From an uncultured Clostridia bacterium (lineage in GTDB: Bacteria; Bacillota; Clostridia; Oscillospirales; QAKW01): DNA of 64,000 nt. The stretch lies in the NCBI GenBank assembly GCA_944387895.1, contig CALXGQ010000009.1:94056-158055 (forward strand), written 5' to 3'. The position numbers were made by a program, and so were the translations under genes. Within the stretch, counting starts at the first letter, position 1. Every line of letters starts with the position of its first letter. Below the pieces are notes generated by a model that was not told the origin of the DNA, did no database searches, and saw only the letters and a list, made by a program, of their open reading frames with translations. Below, piece after piece: positions 18,008 through 27,991 of this stretch.

Positions 18008-19225
18008 CTACTCCTTTGCCGCCGATAGACCGGCAAGATATCCGGTCGAATAGGCGATTTGTAAATTATAACCGCCGGTCAGCGCGTCCACATCCAGCAC
18101 CTCACCGGCAAAAAACAGACCCGGAACCCGCCTGGACTCCATGGTGCGCGGATCGACCTCCTGAACGTCGACGCCGCCCGCCGTGACCACCGCTTCCGAA
18201 AATCCGCTCTTTTTTAAAAGTTTTACCTGAAAATGCTTGATTATGTAAACCAATCCCCGCCGCTGTTCCCGGGTGATCTGATGAACCTTGATCTCCGGCC
18301 GGATCCCGCTTGCCGCAATCACAGCCGGGATCAGCTTTTGGGGCAGAAGCTGATCCAGCGCATTTCTGAAATCCTTATTGACATAGCCTTCAAAATCCCG
18401 CAGGATCCGCCGATCCAGCGTTTCCTCATCCAAAGCCGGCTTCAGATCGATTTCTGCAACGCAGGGAAAATCTTCTTCCCTGAGATAGGAGGAAGCCGAA
18501 AGCACGATCGGTCCGGAAATCCCCGTATGAGTAAAGAGCATCTCTCCAAACGAGCTGTAAAGTTTTTTTCCTTTGCAGTCCAATACCGTTAAAGTCACAT
18601 TTTTCAACGAAAGTCCCGCCAGAGAAGCGCAGAGCTCACCTGCGGCGATCAACGGAACCAGGGCGGCAGACGGCCGGATCACCCGGTGTCCCAAAGCGGA
18701 GGCAAAGCGGTAGCCGTCCCCCGTTGAGCCGGTCGCCGGATAGGAGCGCCCGCCGGTTGCCAGGATCAGCGCATCGCAGGTATGGCAGCCTCTGCTGCCG
18801 CGGATTTTAAACGGATCGGCCTGCACTTCGGCAACCCGATCCCGGAGGATCGCAACGCCCGCGTTCTCCACCGCGCGCCGCAGTGCATTCCGAACATCCA
18901 CAGCCCGATCCGAAACCGGAAAAACCCGGTTTCCGCGCTCGATTTTCAACGGAACGCCCTGTTCTTCAAAAAAAGCATATGCATCGTAGGCGTCGAAGCA
19001 GGAAAACGCCGCATACAGAAATTTCGGATTGCGGACGACCTGCCCGATCAAATCTTCCTTCCCGGAAAAATTGGTGACATTGCAGCGCCCCTTTCCGGTG
19101 ATCAGAAGCTTTTTTCCCAACATTTCATTTTGTTCGATCAGAGTAACCTCCGCACCCGCCTTAGCCGCGGCATACGCGGCCATCATGCCGGCCGGCCCTC
19201 CTCCGATAACAACGATCTTTTTCAA
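18008..19225 (-). CDS. HI0933/BaiN-family NAD(P)/FAD-dependent oxidoreductase
   Basis: MKKIVVIGGGPAGMMAA dinucleotide fold, ITGKGRCNVTN, and C-terminal FFAGEVLDVDALTGGYNLQIAYSTG. Confidence 0.8.
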   Translation of the reverse strand: MKKIVVIGGGPAGMMAAYAAAKAGAEVTLIEQNEMLGKKLLITGKGRCNVTNFSGKEDLIGQVVRNPKFLYAAFSCFDAYDAYAFFEEQGVPLKIERGNRVFPVSDRAVDVRNALRRAVENAGVAILRDRVAEVQADPFKIRGSRGCHTCDALILATGGRSYPATGSTGDGYRFASALGHRVIRPSAALVPLIAAGELCASLAGLSLKNVTLTVLDCKGKKLYSSFGEMLFTHTGISGPIVLSASSYLREEDFPCVAEIDLKPALDEETLDRRILRDFEGYVNKDFRNALDQLLPQKLIPAVIAASGIRPEIKVHQITREQRRGLVYIIKHFQVKLLKKSGFSEAVVTAGGVDVQEVDPRTMESRRVPGLFFAGEVLDVDALTGGYNLQIAYSTGYLAGLSAAKE

Positions 19226-19415
19226 CTGTTCCCTACCTTACCTCATGAATAGTTTCATTTTAATCTTTTTGGCTGAAAAATGCAAGTAAAATTTACGCCA
19301 TACTGTCAGTTTATATAATTCGTTCAAATTTTAATATTTCCTGTTCCATGCTTGAAAAACAACGTTCCTCATGCTATAATGCGCTTGAAAAGCTTATATT
19401 AAAGGAGGAAGCATC

Positions 19416-21239
19416 ATGGAGATTCAATTTTTAAACCTTCCGGAGCATCTGAAAAAGCCCCTTACCGAAGCGGCGCCTCTTCTTTCCTTTTCCATCAGCG
19501 AGAAAGGCGTGCCCGTTACGGTGCGGCAAAATGAAACCGGCCCCAAAATCATGGCGGACGGCCGCTCCGTTACCCTGGAGTACCATAAAATTCCTGAATT
19601 TTTCCGGATGCTGACCATGCTGCCGGAAAGGATGCAATCCGGCGGCTGCTATGAGGAATTTCCGGCGCAGGAGGATCTTTGCCTGATGTCGGATAATTCC
19701 AGAAACGCCGTTTACAATCTGGAGGGCGCCAAGCGCATGATCCGTTATCTGGCGCTGATGGGGTTCAATTCCTTCATGCTCTACACCGAGGATACCTATG
19801 AAGTGCCCGAATATCCCTTTATCGGCTATATGCGCGGCCGTTTTTCGCAGGAGGAGCTGAAGGAGATCGATGATTACGCCCAAATTTTCGGCATCGAGAT
19901 GATCCCCTGCATCCAGACCCTTGCGCATATGAACGCCTCCATCCGCTGGCCGGCCTTCAACGAAGTGACGGACGTTTCCGATATCCTTCTGGTCGGCGAA
20001 GAAAAGACCTACGCCATGATCGATGCCATGATCAAAGCCTGCCGCTCCTGCTACCGCAGCCGCCGGATCCACATCGGTATGGACGAAGCCCATCTGCTTG
20101 GCTCCGGAAAATATCTCGACCGCAACGGCTACCGCACACGCTCCGCAATCATTCTGGAGCATCTGGATCGGGTGGTGAAGATCTGTGAAAAATATGATTT
20201 CAAGCCCATGATCTGGAGCGATATGTTCTTCCGCATCGCCTTTCATACCTACTATGTCGATGAAGGGGAGATCTCGCCCGAAATCATTGATATGGTGCCA
20301 GAAAATCTTTCTCTGGTCTACTGGGATTACTATACCACCGATGAAAAGCGCTTCCGCCATATGGTGTACTGCCATCAGCAGTTCCATAACCCCATGATCT
20401 TTGCAGGTGGGGCGTGGAAATGGTCCGGCATGGCGCCCCTGAATCATTTTTCACTCTATGCCAACGACCTTCATCTGAAGGTCTGCCGCGAAGAAAAGGT
20501 GCCGATGGTCATCGCCACCGCCTGGGGCGACGACGGCGCCGAATCCTCCCATTTTTCCGTCCTGCCGACCCTTCAGCAATACGCGGAATACTGCTATGCC
20601 CGCGGCGAGGATCGGGATTGGGTCAAAAAACGCTTTGCCCAGACTTTCGGCGTTTCTTTTGACGATTTCATGCTTCTGGATACCCCCACCCTTTTATCCG
20701 ACATCGATCCCCACACAAGACGCTGCACCACAAAAGCGCTCTTCTACAACGACCCCCTCGGCGGCTGGATCGATTGCGCGGTCAAGCCGGAATACGGCGC
20801 GGAATACGCTGAAAAAACAGCCCTGTTCACATCGGTTCCGGAAAACAACTTCAGCTATCTTTTCCAAACCTCCGAAGCCCTTTGCAGATTTCTCTCCTTA
20901 AAAACCACCCTTTCCCTTGATATCAGAACCGCTTACGCTGCCGGCGATAAAGCCGGGCTGCAAAAAATTGCCGAGGAGCGCATCCCCGCCGCGCTCGGCG
21001 CGCTGGAGGAATATCTGACTGCCGCCCGGGCGGAATGGTACCACGATAATAAAACCTTCGGGTTCGACGTGGTGGAGATCCGGATCGGCGGCCTGAAAGA
21101 GCGGCTCCGTACAACGGAACGGACACTAAAGCAATATCTGGAAGGAAAAATCGACCGGATTGAACAACTGGAAGAAAAACTTCTGGAGGTTCAAACCGCC
21201 CCCCACTGGAAGCTGATCGCATCCGGAAACATCATATAA
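19416..21239 (+). CDS. GH20-family beta-N-acetylhexosaminidase-like glycoside hydrolase
   Basis: RBS AAGGAGG lies upstream. TIM-barrel signature MLYTEDTYE..IEMIPCIQTLAHM and RRIHIGMDEAHLLG (catalytic D-E pair pattern of GH20). Family assigned from memory. Confidence 0.7.
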   Translation: MEIQFLNLPEHLKKPLTEAAPLLSFSISEKGVPVTVRQNETGPKIMADGRSVTLEYHKIPEFFRMLTMLPERMQSGGCYEEFPAQEDLCLMSDNSRNAVYNLEGAKRMIRYLALMGFNSFMLYTEDTYEVPEYPFIGYMRGRFSQEELKEIDDYAQIFGIEMIPCIQTLAHMNASIRWPAFNEVTDVSDILLVGEEKTYAMIDAMIKACRSCYRSRRIHIGMDEAHLLGSGKYLDRNGYRTRSAIILEHLDRVVKICEKYDFKPMIWSDMFFRIAFHTYYVDEGEISPEIIDMVPENLSLVYWDYYTTDEKRFRHMVYCHQQFHNPMIFAGGAWKWSGMAPLNHFSLYANDLHLKVCREEKVPMVIATAWGDDGAESSHFSVLPTLQQYAEYCYARGEDRDWVKKRFAQTFGVSFDDFMLLDTPTLLSDIDPHTRRCTTKALFYNDPLGGWIDCAVKPEYGAEYAEKTALFTSVPENNFSYLFQTSEALCRFLSLKTTLSLDIRTAYAAGDKAGLQKIAEERIPAALGALEEYLTAARAEWYHDNKTFGFDVVEIRIGGLKERLRTTERTLKQYLEGKIDRIEQLEEKLLEVQTAPHWKLIASGNII

Positions 21240-21246
21240 CAAAACA

Positions 21247-21284
21247 AAAAGCCGGCGCTTCAAGCGCCGGCTTTGCTTTTTTTA
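21247..21284. terminator. Hairpin plus T-run terminator shared by convergent GH20 and DUF368 genes
   Basis: gccggcgc-ttcaa-gcgccggc followed by tttgcttttttt. An A-run on the other side makes it bidirectional. Confidence 0.6.
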
Positions 21285-22081
21285 AACATAAGATAGATGC
21301 AGAAGAACCCTGCGGCAAAGAGCGGCAGGCAACCCCAGGAGAGATCTGAAAGCTGAACCCCGGCCAGCAGCTCCCCGACAGAGCCCAGAACAAATCCCAA
21401 AATAATCAGGTAAGCCGGTGTTTTATGACGTGAAAAAAGATAATCGACCGCTCTGGCAGTCAGCAGAACGCCGATGATCACGCCGATGGCAAAGGGAATC
21501 AGCGCCAGAAAATCAAAGGTGGAAAGGGAGATCATCAAGCCCTTATAAATCCCCAGGACATACAGCATATGCGATACGCTAATCCCGGGCAGAACCAGCG
21601 CAGCAGCGGCAATGATCCCGCCGATCATCTGTAAAAAAATGCCGCTAAGATCCCGAGTTTGAGAAATTTCAAACAATCCGGGCGGTATCATCTGAAGCAG
21701 AAGCACCAATATAATCCCACCCAGCAGAAAGGGGACATAATACCATTTGAACGCCGTATCCTTCACCTCATGGAATATGACCGGGATCCCCCCTGCCACC
21801 GCGCCGGCAAAGAAAAAGACCACCAGCACCGGATACATCTTCATCAGCCAGACGACGACCCAGGATAGCGCAAGAACTCCGGTCAGGCCCCCGGCGCAGA
21901 AGAACAGAAGAAATCGAAAGCTTTCCCACTTTTCCCTGCCGCGCCCGATCAGATTGTTGACAGACCGAACCAGCTGCTCATAAATGCCTAAAATCATAGC
22001 CATTGAGCCGCCGCTGACGCCGGGAACCGTCAGAGTTCCACCGATCCATAATCCCTTTAAAAATACGCTTAAGTACCGCTT
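21260..22081 (-). CDS. DUF368-family polytopic membrane protein (family implicated in undecaprenyl-phosphate recycling)
   Basis: GTLTVPGVSGGSMAMILGIYEQL and a second PGISVSHMLYVLGIY half-repeat. Start placed at ATG 22081 with GAAAGGGA upstream. Confidence 0.72.
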   Translation of the reverse strand, partial: KRYLSVFLKGLWIGGTLTVPGVSGGSMAMILGIYEQLVRSVNNLIGRGREKWESFRFLLFFCAGGLTGVLALSWVVVWLMKMYPVLVVFFFAGAVAGGIPVIFHEVKDTAFKWYYVPFLLGGIILVLLLQMIPPGLFEISQTRDLSGIFLQMIGGIIAAAALVLPGISVSHMLYVLGIYKGLMISLSTFDFLALIPFAIGVIIGVLLTARAVDYLFSRHKTPAYLIILGFVLGSVGELLAGVQLSDLSWGCLPLFAAGFFCIYLMFKKSKAGA

Positions 22082-22290
22082 CATACCGATCCCTTTCACC
22101 GGATAATTCTCTATTATAAGTATAGAGCAATTTAGGGAAATTTAGACTTTTCCTTTCTCTTCCCTGCGAATTTTTGCCGTATCATCTCCAGACGCGGCAA
22201 AAATCCGGGGCTGCGCCGCCGGAAATCAAAATGCCGTACACGCAGGCAGTTAAAAACTGCAAATTAACAAAATCCGGCAAGACGTATTCA

Positions 22291-22324
22291 TGAAACAAAA
22301 GCTCCAAGCCTTTCGGCCTGGAGC
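22291..22324 (-). terminator. Intrinsic terminator downstream of tRNA-Thr
   Basis: On the minus strand gctccaggcc-gaaa-ggcttggagc (9/10 bp) is followed by ttttgttt. Confidence 0.55.
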
Positions 22325-22328
22325 TTAT

Positions 22329-22404
<76 letters not shown>

Positions 22405-22524
22405 ATATTTATTTTGTTTATGATCCATAACGGCTTGATTTTCAGAGAAGAAAGACGCTTGTATCCGCGTATTTCTCCTCTGTAAAGGGCACCGCACCAT
22501 CTGCAAAAGCTATCGCAGAAGCCC

Positions 22525-23061
22525 TTATTTCACAAGAAATGCGATCAAATCAGCCGAATAGCCCTCTTTTGTTTCGATCAGGCTGGCAGATTCACGGCTC
22601 AGATTGAAAGAAAAATTCATATTCAGATGGATCCGCTCGTCCGGCGGAAGATCTTCATCCTGCTCTTCGTCGTAGTAGATATTCAGATAGATTTTGTCCT
22701 GATTCAGATCATAGGATCCGGTATTGCGCAGGATATAATCGATTATCACCGTTTCATCGGTAAAACGATCGCCGATCTGATAATCCGGATGATAATACCG
22801 CACCAGCGTTTGGATCAGCTGATCGCTCTTTTCGCCAATCGAGGAGATTTTAAGCGCGGCGGAGGGATAGATCATCTGGAAGGTTTTGAATCCCAGGCGG
22901 CGTGAAACCAGAGGGATTTCCACCTTGAAGCCGATATAGCGATCCTCATCCTGAGCGCCGAGGGTCAAAATACAGGCGACCGGCGTGCGCTCGCAATCGG
23001 TGATCGAAAACCGAAGCTCGCCATCATATTCCTCTTCGACTACGCGCACACACTGCTTCAT
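22525..23061 (-). CDS. Hypothetical protein, co-transcribed with nrdR
   Basis: 178-aa ORF starting 5 nt after the nrdR stop. No family recognised. Acidic DEEQDEDLPPDE insert. Confidence 0.5.
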   Translation of the reverse strand: MKQCVRVVEEEYDGELRFSITDCERTPVACILTLGAQDEDRYIGFKVEIPLVSRRLGFKTFQMIYPSAALKISSIGEKSDQLIQTLVRYYHPDYQIGDRFTDETVIIDYILRNTGSYDLNQDKIYLNIYYDEEQDEDLPPDERIHLNMNFSFNLSRESASLIETKEGYSADLIAFLVK

Positions 23062-23066
23062 AGGGC

Positions 23067-23522
23067 TTAACCTTTCTTCAATAACTTTAGTACTTCCTCA
23101 TAGAAGGAATTGATATCCTTAAACTGGCGGTGAACCGACGCATAGCGGACATAGGAAACCTCGTCCAGATTCTTCAGAGCCTCCATAACCAGCTCGCCGA
23201 TATACTCGGTCGTTATTTCCTTCTCCATGGAATTATACAGAACCGATTCGACGTCGGCCACGATCTTTTCCATATCAGCCACGCTGACCGGACGTTTCTC
23301 GCAGGCGCGCAGCAGACCTTTCATGATCTTGTCCTTTGAAAAAGGCTCCCGCGTCTTATCCTTTTTTACCACTACCAGCGGAATCGTTTCAATCGCCTCA
23401 AAGGTCGTAAAACGCTTCCCACAGCCGGCACATTCGCGGCGGCGGCGAATTTTTTCCTCATCGTCCGCCGGACGTGAATCGATCACCTTACTCTCCGGAC
23501 AACCGCAAAAAGGACATTTCAT
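23067..23522 (-). CDS. nrdR: Transcriptional repressor NrdR
   Basis: [32 protein letters not shown] zinc ribbon plus an ATP-cone. Start at MKCPFCG with AAAGGTGG upstream. Confidence 0.95.
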   Translation of the reverse strand: MKCPFCGCPESKVIDSRPADDEEKIRRRRECAGCGKRFTTFEAIETIPLVVVKKDKTREPFSKDKIMKGLLRACEKRPVSVADMEKIVADVESVLYNSMEKEITTEYIGELVMEALKNLDEVSYVRYASVHRQFKDINSFYEEVLKLLKKG

Positions 23523-23589
23523 GGAGGCGCCACCACCTTTCATTTTTCCTGCAAGAAGACTTACGCTACCTATTATAACACCCGTTTAT

Positions 23590-24384
23590 TCATTTTGCAA
23601 GCACAAATTTATTTTCAAGGAATTTTTTTGATTCCCCGATTTCCTCCCGCACGCCAAAATTTTTGCGGTAAACCTCGATCAGCCCGGGGCCGTTGTAGCC
23701 GGCCTGATCCATAATCCCGGCGATCCGGTCATAATCCACCGTCCCCTTGCCCGGAAGAAGGCATAAATGCGTATCGTCCCGGTCGTTCACGTGGAAATTC
23801 ACGATAGATCCGCCCATCGCTTCCGCAAGATCATAGGCGTCCTGCCCGCCTTTAAAAGCCTGCTTGATATCAAAGGTGAACCGCACTTCCGGCAGGCGCT
23901 GGCGCAGCCGAGCCGTAAAGGCGGGGTGGTTGACGCTGTTGTAGAAAACATTTTCCAGCGCAAATATAACGCCGGTTTCCTCCTGAAGCTTCATCAGCGG
24001 AGCGACACATTTTACATATTCATCCAGATCCTCCAGCCCTACGCCCCGGTCGCCATGGATATTAACGACTTTAGCGCCAAGGATTTTGGCAGCCGCCGCA
24101 TAGCGGCGGTAGAATTCCACCGAATCGGCGATGCGGCGCGGATAGGGAGAAAAAAACAGATAGTTTTCCAGAAAACTGGTAAAGGGATGCAGGGAATAGA
24201 CGCGCATATCATACCGGTCGCAAAGCCCGCGCAGCTCATGCAGATAATTCTCCTCCAGCTCGCTGAAGGTATTCAAAAAAATCTCGCAGACCCTGATATT
24301 CAGGGCAGCGGCCTCCACAACGGCTTTTTCCGGCTCCAGCGGATAAAAGCAGGCCAGCGACATTCCAATCTCCATTACACCCAT
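23590..24384 (-). CDS. Sugar phosphate isomerase/epimerase (xylose-isomerase-like TIM barrel)
   Basis: CEIFLNTFSE, VYSLHPF, VVNIHGDRG, ALENV and HVNDRD follow the pattern of the AP-endonuclease-2/TIM-barrel family. Confidence 0.72.
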   Translation of the reverse strand: MGVMEIGMSLACFYPLEPEKAVVEAAALNIRVCEIFLNTFSELEENYLHELRGLCDRYDMRVYSLHPFTSFLENYLFFSPYPRRIADSVEFYRRYAAAAKILGAKVVNIHGDRGVGLEDLDEYVKCVAPLMKLQEETGVIFALENVFYNSVNHPAFTARLRQRLPEVRFTFDIKQAFKGGQDAYDLAEAMGGSIVNFHVNDRDDTHLCLLPGKGTVDYDRIAGIMDQAGYNGPGLIEVYRKNFGVREEIGESKKFLENKFVLAK

Positions 24385-24395
24385 CCCCCGTTTCC

Positions 24396-25694
24396 TCAGG
24401 CGGAAGCTTTCCGCTCTTTCAGCAGCTTTTCAACGGCAGCGATCCGCACGCAGACAGTAAAGCGCTCCATCGCCTCCTCAAGCTCCCCGATGGGCGGATA
24501 GGAGGGCGCCAGCCGAATGTTGGAATCCAGCGGATCTCTGCCGTAGGGGAAGGTTGCGCCGGCCGCCGTCAGGGCAACGCCGGCGTCGCTGCACAGCGCG
24601 CAGATCCGCTTTGCGCACCCGGGCAGAACGTCCACGCTGATGAAATATCCGCCGAGAGGATTGCTCCAGTTTGCGATTCCCCTGCCGCCCAGATCGCGCT
24701 CAAGAATGCGAAGAACGGTCTGGAATTTCGGCCGGAGGATATCGGCGTGTTTTTTCATCTGAAGCATCAGGCTTTCCTTATTCTGAAACATCCGCACATG
24801 CCGGAGCTGATTCAGTTTGTCCGGCCCGATCGTCTGCACAAACATCTTTTCCTTGATATGTGCAATATTATCAACGCTGGAAGCCAGCATCGCCACGCCG
24901 CTTCCCGGATATGTGATCTTGGAGGTGGAGCTGAACATATAGACCATATCGGGCCGGCCGGTCTTTGCACATTCCTCCAGAATATTAAGGATCTGCGGCT
25001 GCTCGTCGTAAAGGTCGTGAACAAGATACGCATTGTCCCAAAAAATCCTGAAATCCTTTGCCTTGGGGTTCAGGGCAGCAAAGCGGCGCACCACTTCGTC
25101 GGAATAGACCGTTCCGGTGGGGTTGGAATATTTGGGAACGCACCAGATCCCCTTTACCGCTTCATCGGTCGAAACAAGGCGTTCCACCACGTCCATATCC
25201 GGGCCGTCCTCCAGCATCGGCACCGTGATCATTTCAATGCCAAACTGCTCGCAGATCGCAAAATGCCGGTCGTAACCGGGCGCCGGACAAAGAAACTTGA
25301 TCCGGGGCTCCTGACCCCAGGGTCTTTCGCTTTGCAGATTGCCAAAGCAGAAGGCCCGCGCCACCGTATCATACATCATATTCAGGCTGGAATTTCCGCC
25401 CAGAATCAACTGCTCCGGTTGCACGCCCAGCACTTCGGCAAAAAGCTTTTTGGCTTCGGGAATCCCGTCCAGAAGGCCGTAATTGCGGCAATCGAAACCG
25501 TTTTCATCAAAGCAATCTTCGTTTTTTTGAATGATGCCCAGCATCTTCTCGCTCAGCTCAAGCTGATCTGCCCCGGGCTTTCCCCGCGTCATATCCAAAC
25601 GAACCGTGCTTGCTTTATAGCTTTCATAGCGGCTGTTCAGCTCGTGCAGCTCCGCAAGCAGCTCCGTTTTTCCGACCTTTGCATAATTTTCCAT
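24396..25694 (-). CDS. Class I/II PLP-dependent aminotransferase
   Basis: MENYAK..LDMTRGKPGADQL, PAPGYDRH, CVPKYSNPTG, FWDNAY and SSTSKITYPGSGV (Lys of SxSK). Start at ATG 25694. Confidence 0.8.
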   Translation of the reverse strand: MENYAKVGKTELLAELHELNSRYESYKASTVRLDMTRGKPGADQLELSEKMLGIIQKNEDCFDENGFDCRNYGLLDGIPEAKKLFAEVLGVQPEQLILGGNSSLNMMYDTVARAFCFGNLQSERPWGQEPRIKFLCPAPGYDRHFAICEQFGIEMITVPMLEDGPDMDVVERLVSTDEAVKGIWCVPKYSNPTGTVYSDEVVRRFAALNPKAKDFRIFWDNAYLVHDLYDEQPQILNILEECAKTGRPDMVYMFSSTSKITYPGSGVAMLASSVDNIAHIKEKMFVQTIGPDKLNQLRHVRMFQNKESLMLQMKKHADILRPKFQTVLRILERDLGGRGIANWSNPLGGYFISVDVLPGCAKRICALCSDAGVALTAAGATFPYGRDPLDSNIRLAPSYPPIGELEEAMERFTVCVRIAAVEKLLKERKASA

Positions 25695-25790
25695 GTCTAC
25701 CTCTTTTCTGCCTTTCAAGCTTCGTTGCATTTATTTCGCGTAGTGATACACGCAAAGGGATCCGGCCTTTCTGAGAAGGCCGGATCACAT

Positions 25791-27035
25791 CTATGAAACC
25801 ACAACCGTCAACTGATATTTTCCGACTGCGCCCACCTTTGAACCGTCCGGGAAGGTCAAAACCACCGTCAACCGGTTGGTTCCGCTGGGCAGCGCCTGGT
25901 TGCGCACATCGACAACGGCGGAGATATCCTCCGCGGTCAGCGCCTTAAGATCCTCCGCGATTCCGCGGACGCGGACGGTGAGGCTCCCCTCGGAGATCTG
26001 GGCGTTCGTTCCGTCCGGAACATTCTGGAGCACCAGATTGGTCACCTCAAAGGTGCGCGTTTGGACGTCGTTAAACGCGACGGAAACCTTGGCCGTTTCA
26101 ACATTATTGACATTTTTGATCCCATTCGGCAGCACGACCGTGACGCTTGATTCAAAGTTCTCGGTCTGCTCCGCCACATCGATGACGCCTAAGTCGATCG
26201 CATTGATCGTATCCAGCGTTTCAGCGCTGCCGGTGATGGTGATGTTTTCAGGCTCTACCGTCGCTGTGCAGAAGGCGCTGTCCATTCCGCCGCTGCTGTT
26301 GACGATGCTGACGGTCAACGGAACCGTCTTTTGCTTAACGACCGTTACCGTCACCTCTATCGTTTCGGTATCGGTCTGCAAAAATGTTTTTTCAACGACG
26401 TTTCCGTCGGCATCTTTAAACTCATAAGAGCAGCTGAAGGTGCTGGTTTCCGGGAAGGATTCCTGCACGATCTCGATCTCGGCGGAAGCGATGGTATCGA
26501 CGATTGCTTTCGGCCCCGACACGGTAACAAAGTTATTCAGCATGGTCGGTTCTTCCAGGATATATCCCTCCGGCACGGCGCCGGTAACGGTTACGTTGAC
26601 CTTGACGCTGGAAACAATATTTGTATCGAAACGAACGCGAACCGTTTCCACAGACTGATCAACCAGCTCCAGATTCTGACCGCCCAAATCGATGCGCACC
26701 GGCAGATCATACTCGCCGCTGCGGGTGACGTTGCTCAGATCCAGGTATGCGGTGATCTTGTTATGGTTCATCAGCGCGATCGTATCCCGGGAGCCGCTGA
26801 CCCGAACCGAAACCGCTTCATCAACGGTCGTCATAATGTCGAGCCCTTCATTTTGCGGAACAGACCCTTCATAGTTCACCGCGATTTTAATATTGGAAAC
26901 CGTTGTGTCCGTTTCCGGATCCACATACTCACAGATCACAAACCAGATCACAAAGGCAAGCAGCAGAGAAAGCAGCTTCCACTGCCAGTTCCGCACAAAG
27001 AAGGCGACAAGCTTTTCCTTGATTTGTTCCTTCAC
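25791..27035 (-). CDS. cdaR: YbbR-domain protein (CdaR-type regulator of diadenylate cyclase)
   Basis: An N-terminal TM followed by repeated YbbR-like beta modules (VxVxVxG..P.GY). Overlaps the cdaA stop by 4 nt. Confidence 0.8.
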   Translation of the reverse strand: MKEQIKEKLVAFFVRNWQWKLLSLLLAFVIWFVICEYVDPETDTTVSNIKIAVNYEGSVPQNEGLDIMTTVDEAVSVRVSGSRDTIALMNHNKITAYLDLSNVTRSGEYDLPVRIDLGGQNLELVDQSVETVRVRFDTNIVSSVKVNVTVTGAVPEGYILEEPTMLNNFVTVSGPKAIVDTIASAEIEIVQESFPETSTFSCSYEFKDADGNVVEKTFLQTDTETIEVTVTVVKQKTVPLTVSIVNSSGGMDSAFCTATVEPENITITGSAETLDTINAIDLGVIDVAEQTENFESSVTVVLPNGIKNVNNVETAKVSVAFNDVQTRTFEVTNLVLQNVPDGTNAQISEGSLTVRVRGIAEDLKALTAEDISAVVDVRNQALPSGTNRLTVVLTFPDGSKVGAVGKYQLTVVVS

Positions 27036-27889
27036 GCTTCCACCTCCGCCTTTTTCCTGCGCTTATCAACGATAAAGTTTTCTTCCAGAACCGCGCGCAG
27101 CTCATCGACGGTGATCCCGATATGAATCTCCCCGTTCTCCGCGTAGGAGATCTTTCCCGTTTCCTCGGAAACCACAACCGTCAGCGCGTCGGATATTTCG
27201 CTCAGCCCTACCGCCGCCCGGTGACGTGTTCCCAGCGCCTTGCTGATCTCCAGCCTCTGGCTCAGAGGAAGAAGGCAGCCGGCGGATATGATCTTAAAAT
27301 CCCGGATAAACACGGCGCCGTCGTGCAGCGGAGTCTTGGGGAAAAAGATCGTTACCAGCACCTGAGCGGTCAAATCACAGTTCAGATAGGTTCCGGTCGC
27401 TTCCACATCTCCCAGCTTGGTCGTCTTTTCAAAAACCATCAGCCCGCCGATTCTGCGGTTTGAAAGATCGGCGCAGCAATCGCAGACATTGCTGATCTTT
27501 TCCGAGATCCACTCCCGCTCGCTGTTGGCCGTCTTTGAAAAGGAAAACGCCCGCGTCAGATTGACGCGCCCCAGCTTTTCCAGAATGGAGCGCAGCTCCG
27601 GCTGAAAAACAATGATGATGGTAATAAAGCTCAATTGCAGCACGTTGGTCATCAGATAGCCCACGGCGCTCAGATTCAGCCACTGCGCCATGATGATCAG
27701 CACAAACAGGATGACCAAACCGCGCATCAGGTGGCCGGCCCTCGTTTGCTTGATAAAATTCAATACGCTGTATATCAAGTAAGCGACAACCGCAATATCA
27801 ATTAAGTCTTTCCACTGAATCGTGCGAATCACGTTCATAAAGTGATCAAAAAAATCGGCTATCATTGATATTCTCCACACTTTCCACAT
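27032..27889 (-). CDS. cdaA: Diadenylate cyclase CdaA
   Basis: Three N-terminal TMs plus a DAC domain (GGLMVFE, PLHDGAVFI, LGTRHRAAVGLSEISDALTVVVSEETG). Confidence 0.92.
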   Translation of the reverse strand: MWKVWRISMIADFFDHFMNVIRTIQWKDLIDIAVVAYLIYSVLNFIKQTRAGHLMRGLVILFVLIIMAQWLNLSAVGYLMTNVLQLSFITIIIVFQPELRSILEKLGRVNLTRAFSFSKTANSEREWISEKISNVCDCCADLSNRRIGGLMVFEKTTKLGDVEATGTYLNCDLTAQVLVTIFFPKTPLHDGAVFIRDFKIISAGCLLPLSQRLEISKALGTRHRAAVGLSEISDALTVVVSEETGKISYAENGEIHIGITVDELRAVLEENFIVDKRRKKAEVEA

Positions 27890-27991
27890 CTAATTTGCCC
27901 GGCGGAATGGCTCCGCGCGCCGCATCATTTAGAGCATTATTGATTATTATAGCATATATATTTTTTAAAATAAATACCTTTTTAATAAAAA

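Noticed and set aside
22100-22328. A 229-nt intergenic region next to tRNA-Thr, checked for a small RNA, a second tRNA or a small ORF.
   Set aside because: Only the tRNA terminator hairpin and a 19-codon ATG ORF without an RBS were found, with no cloverleaf or conserved structure.
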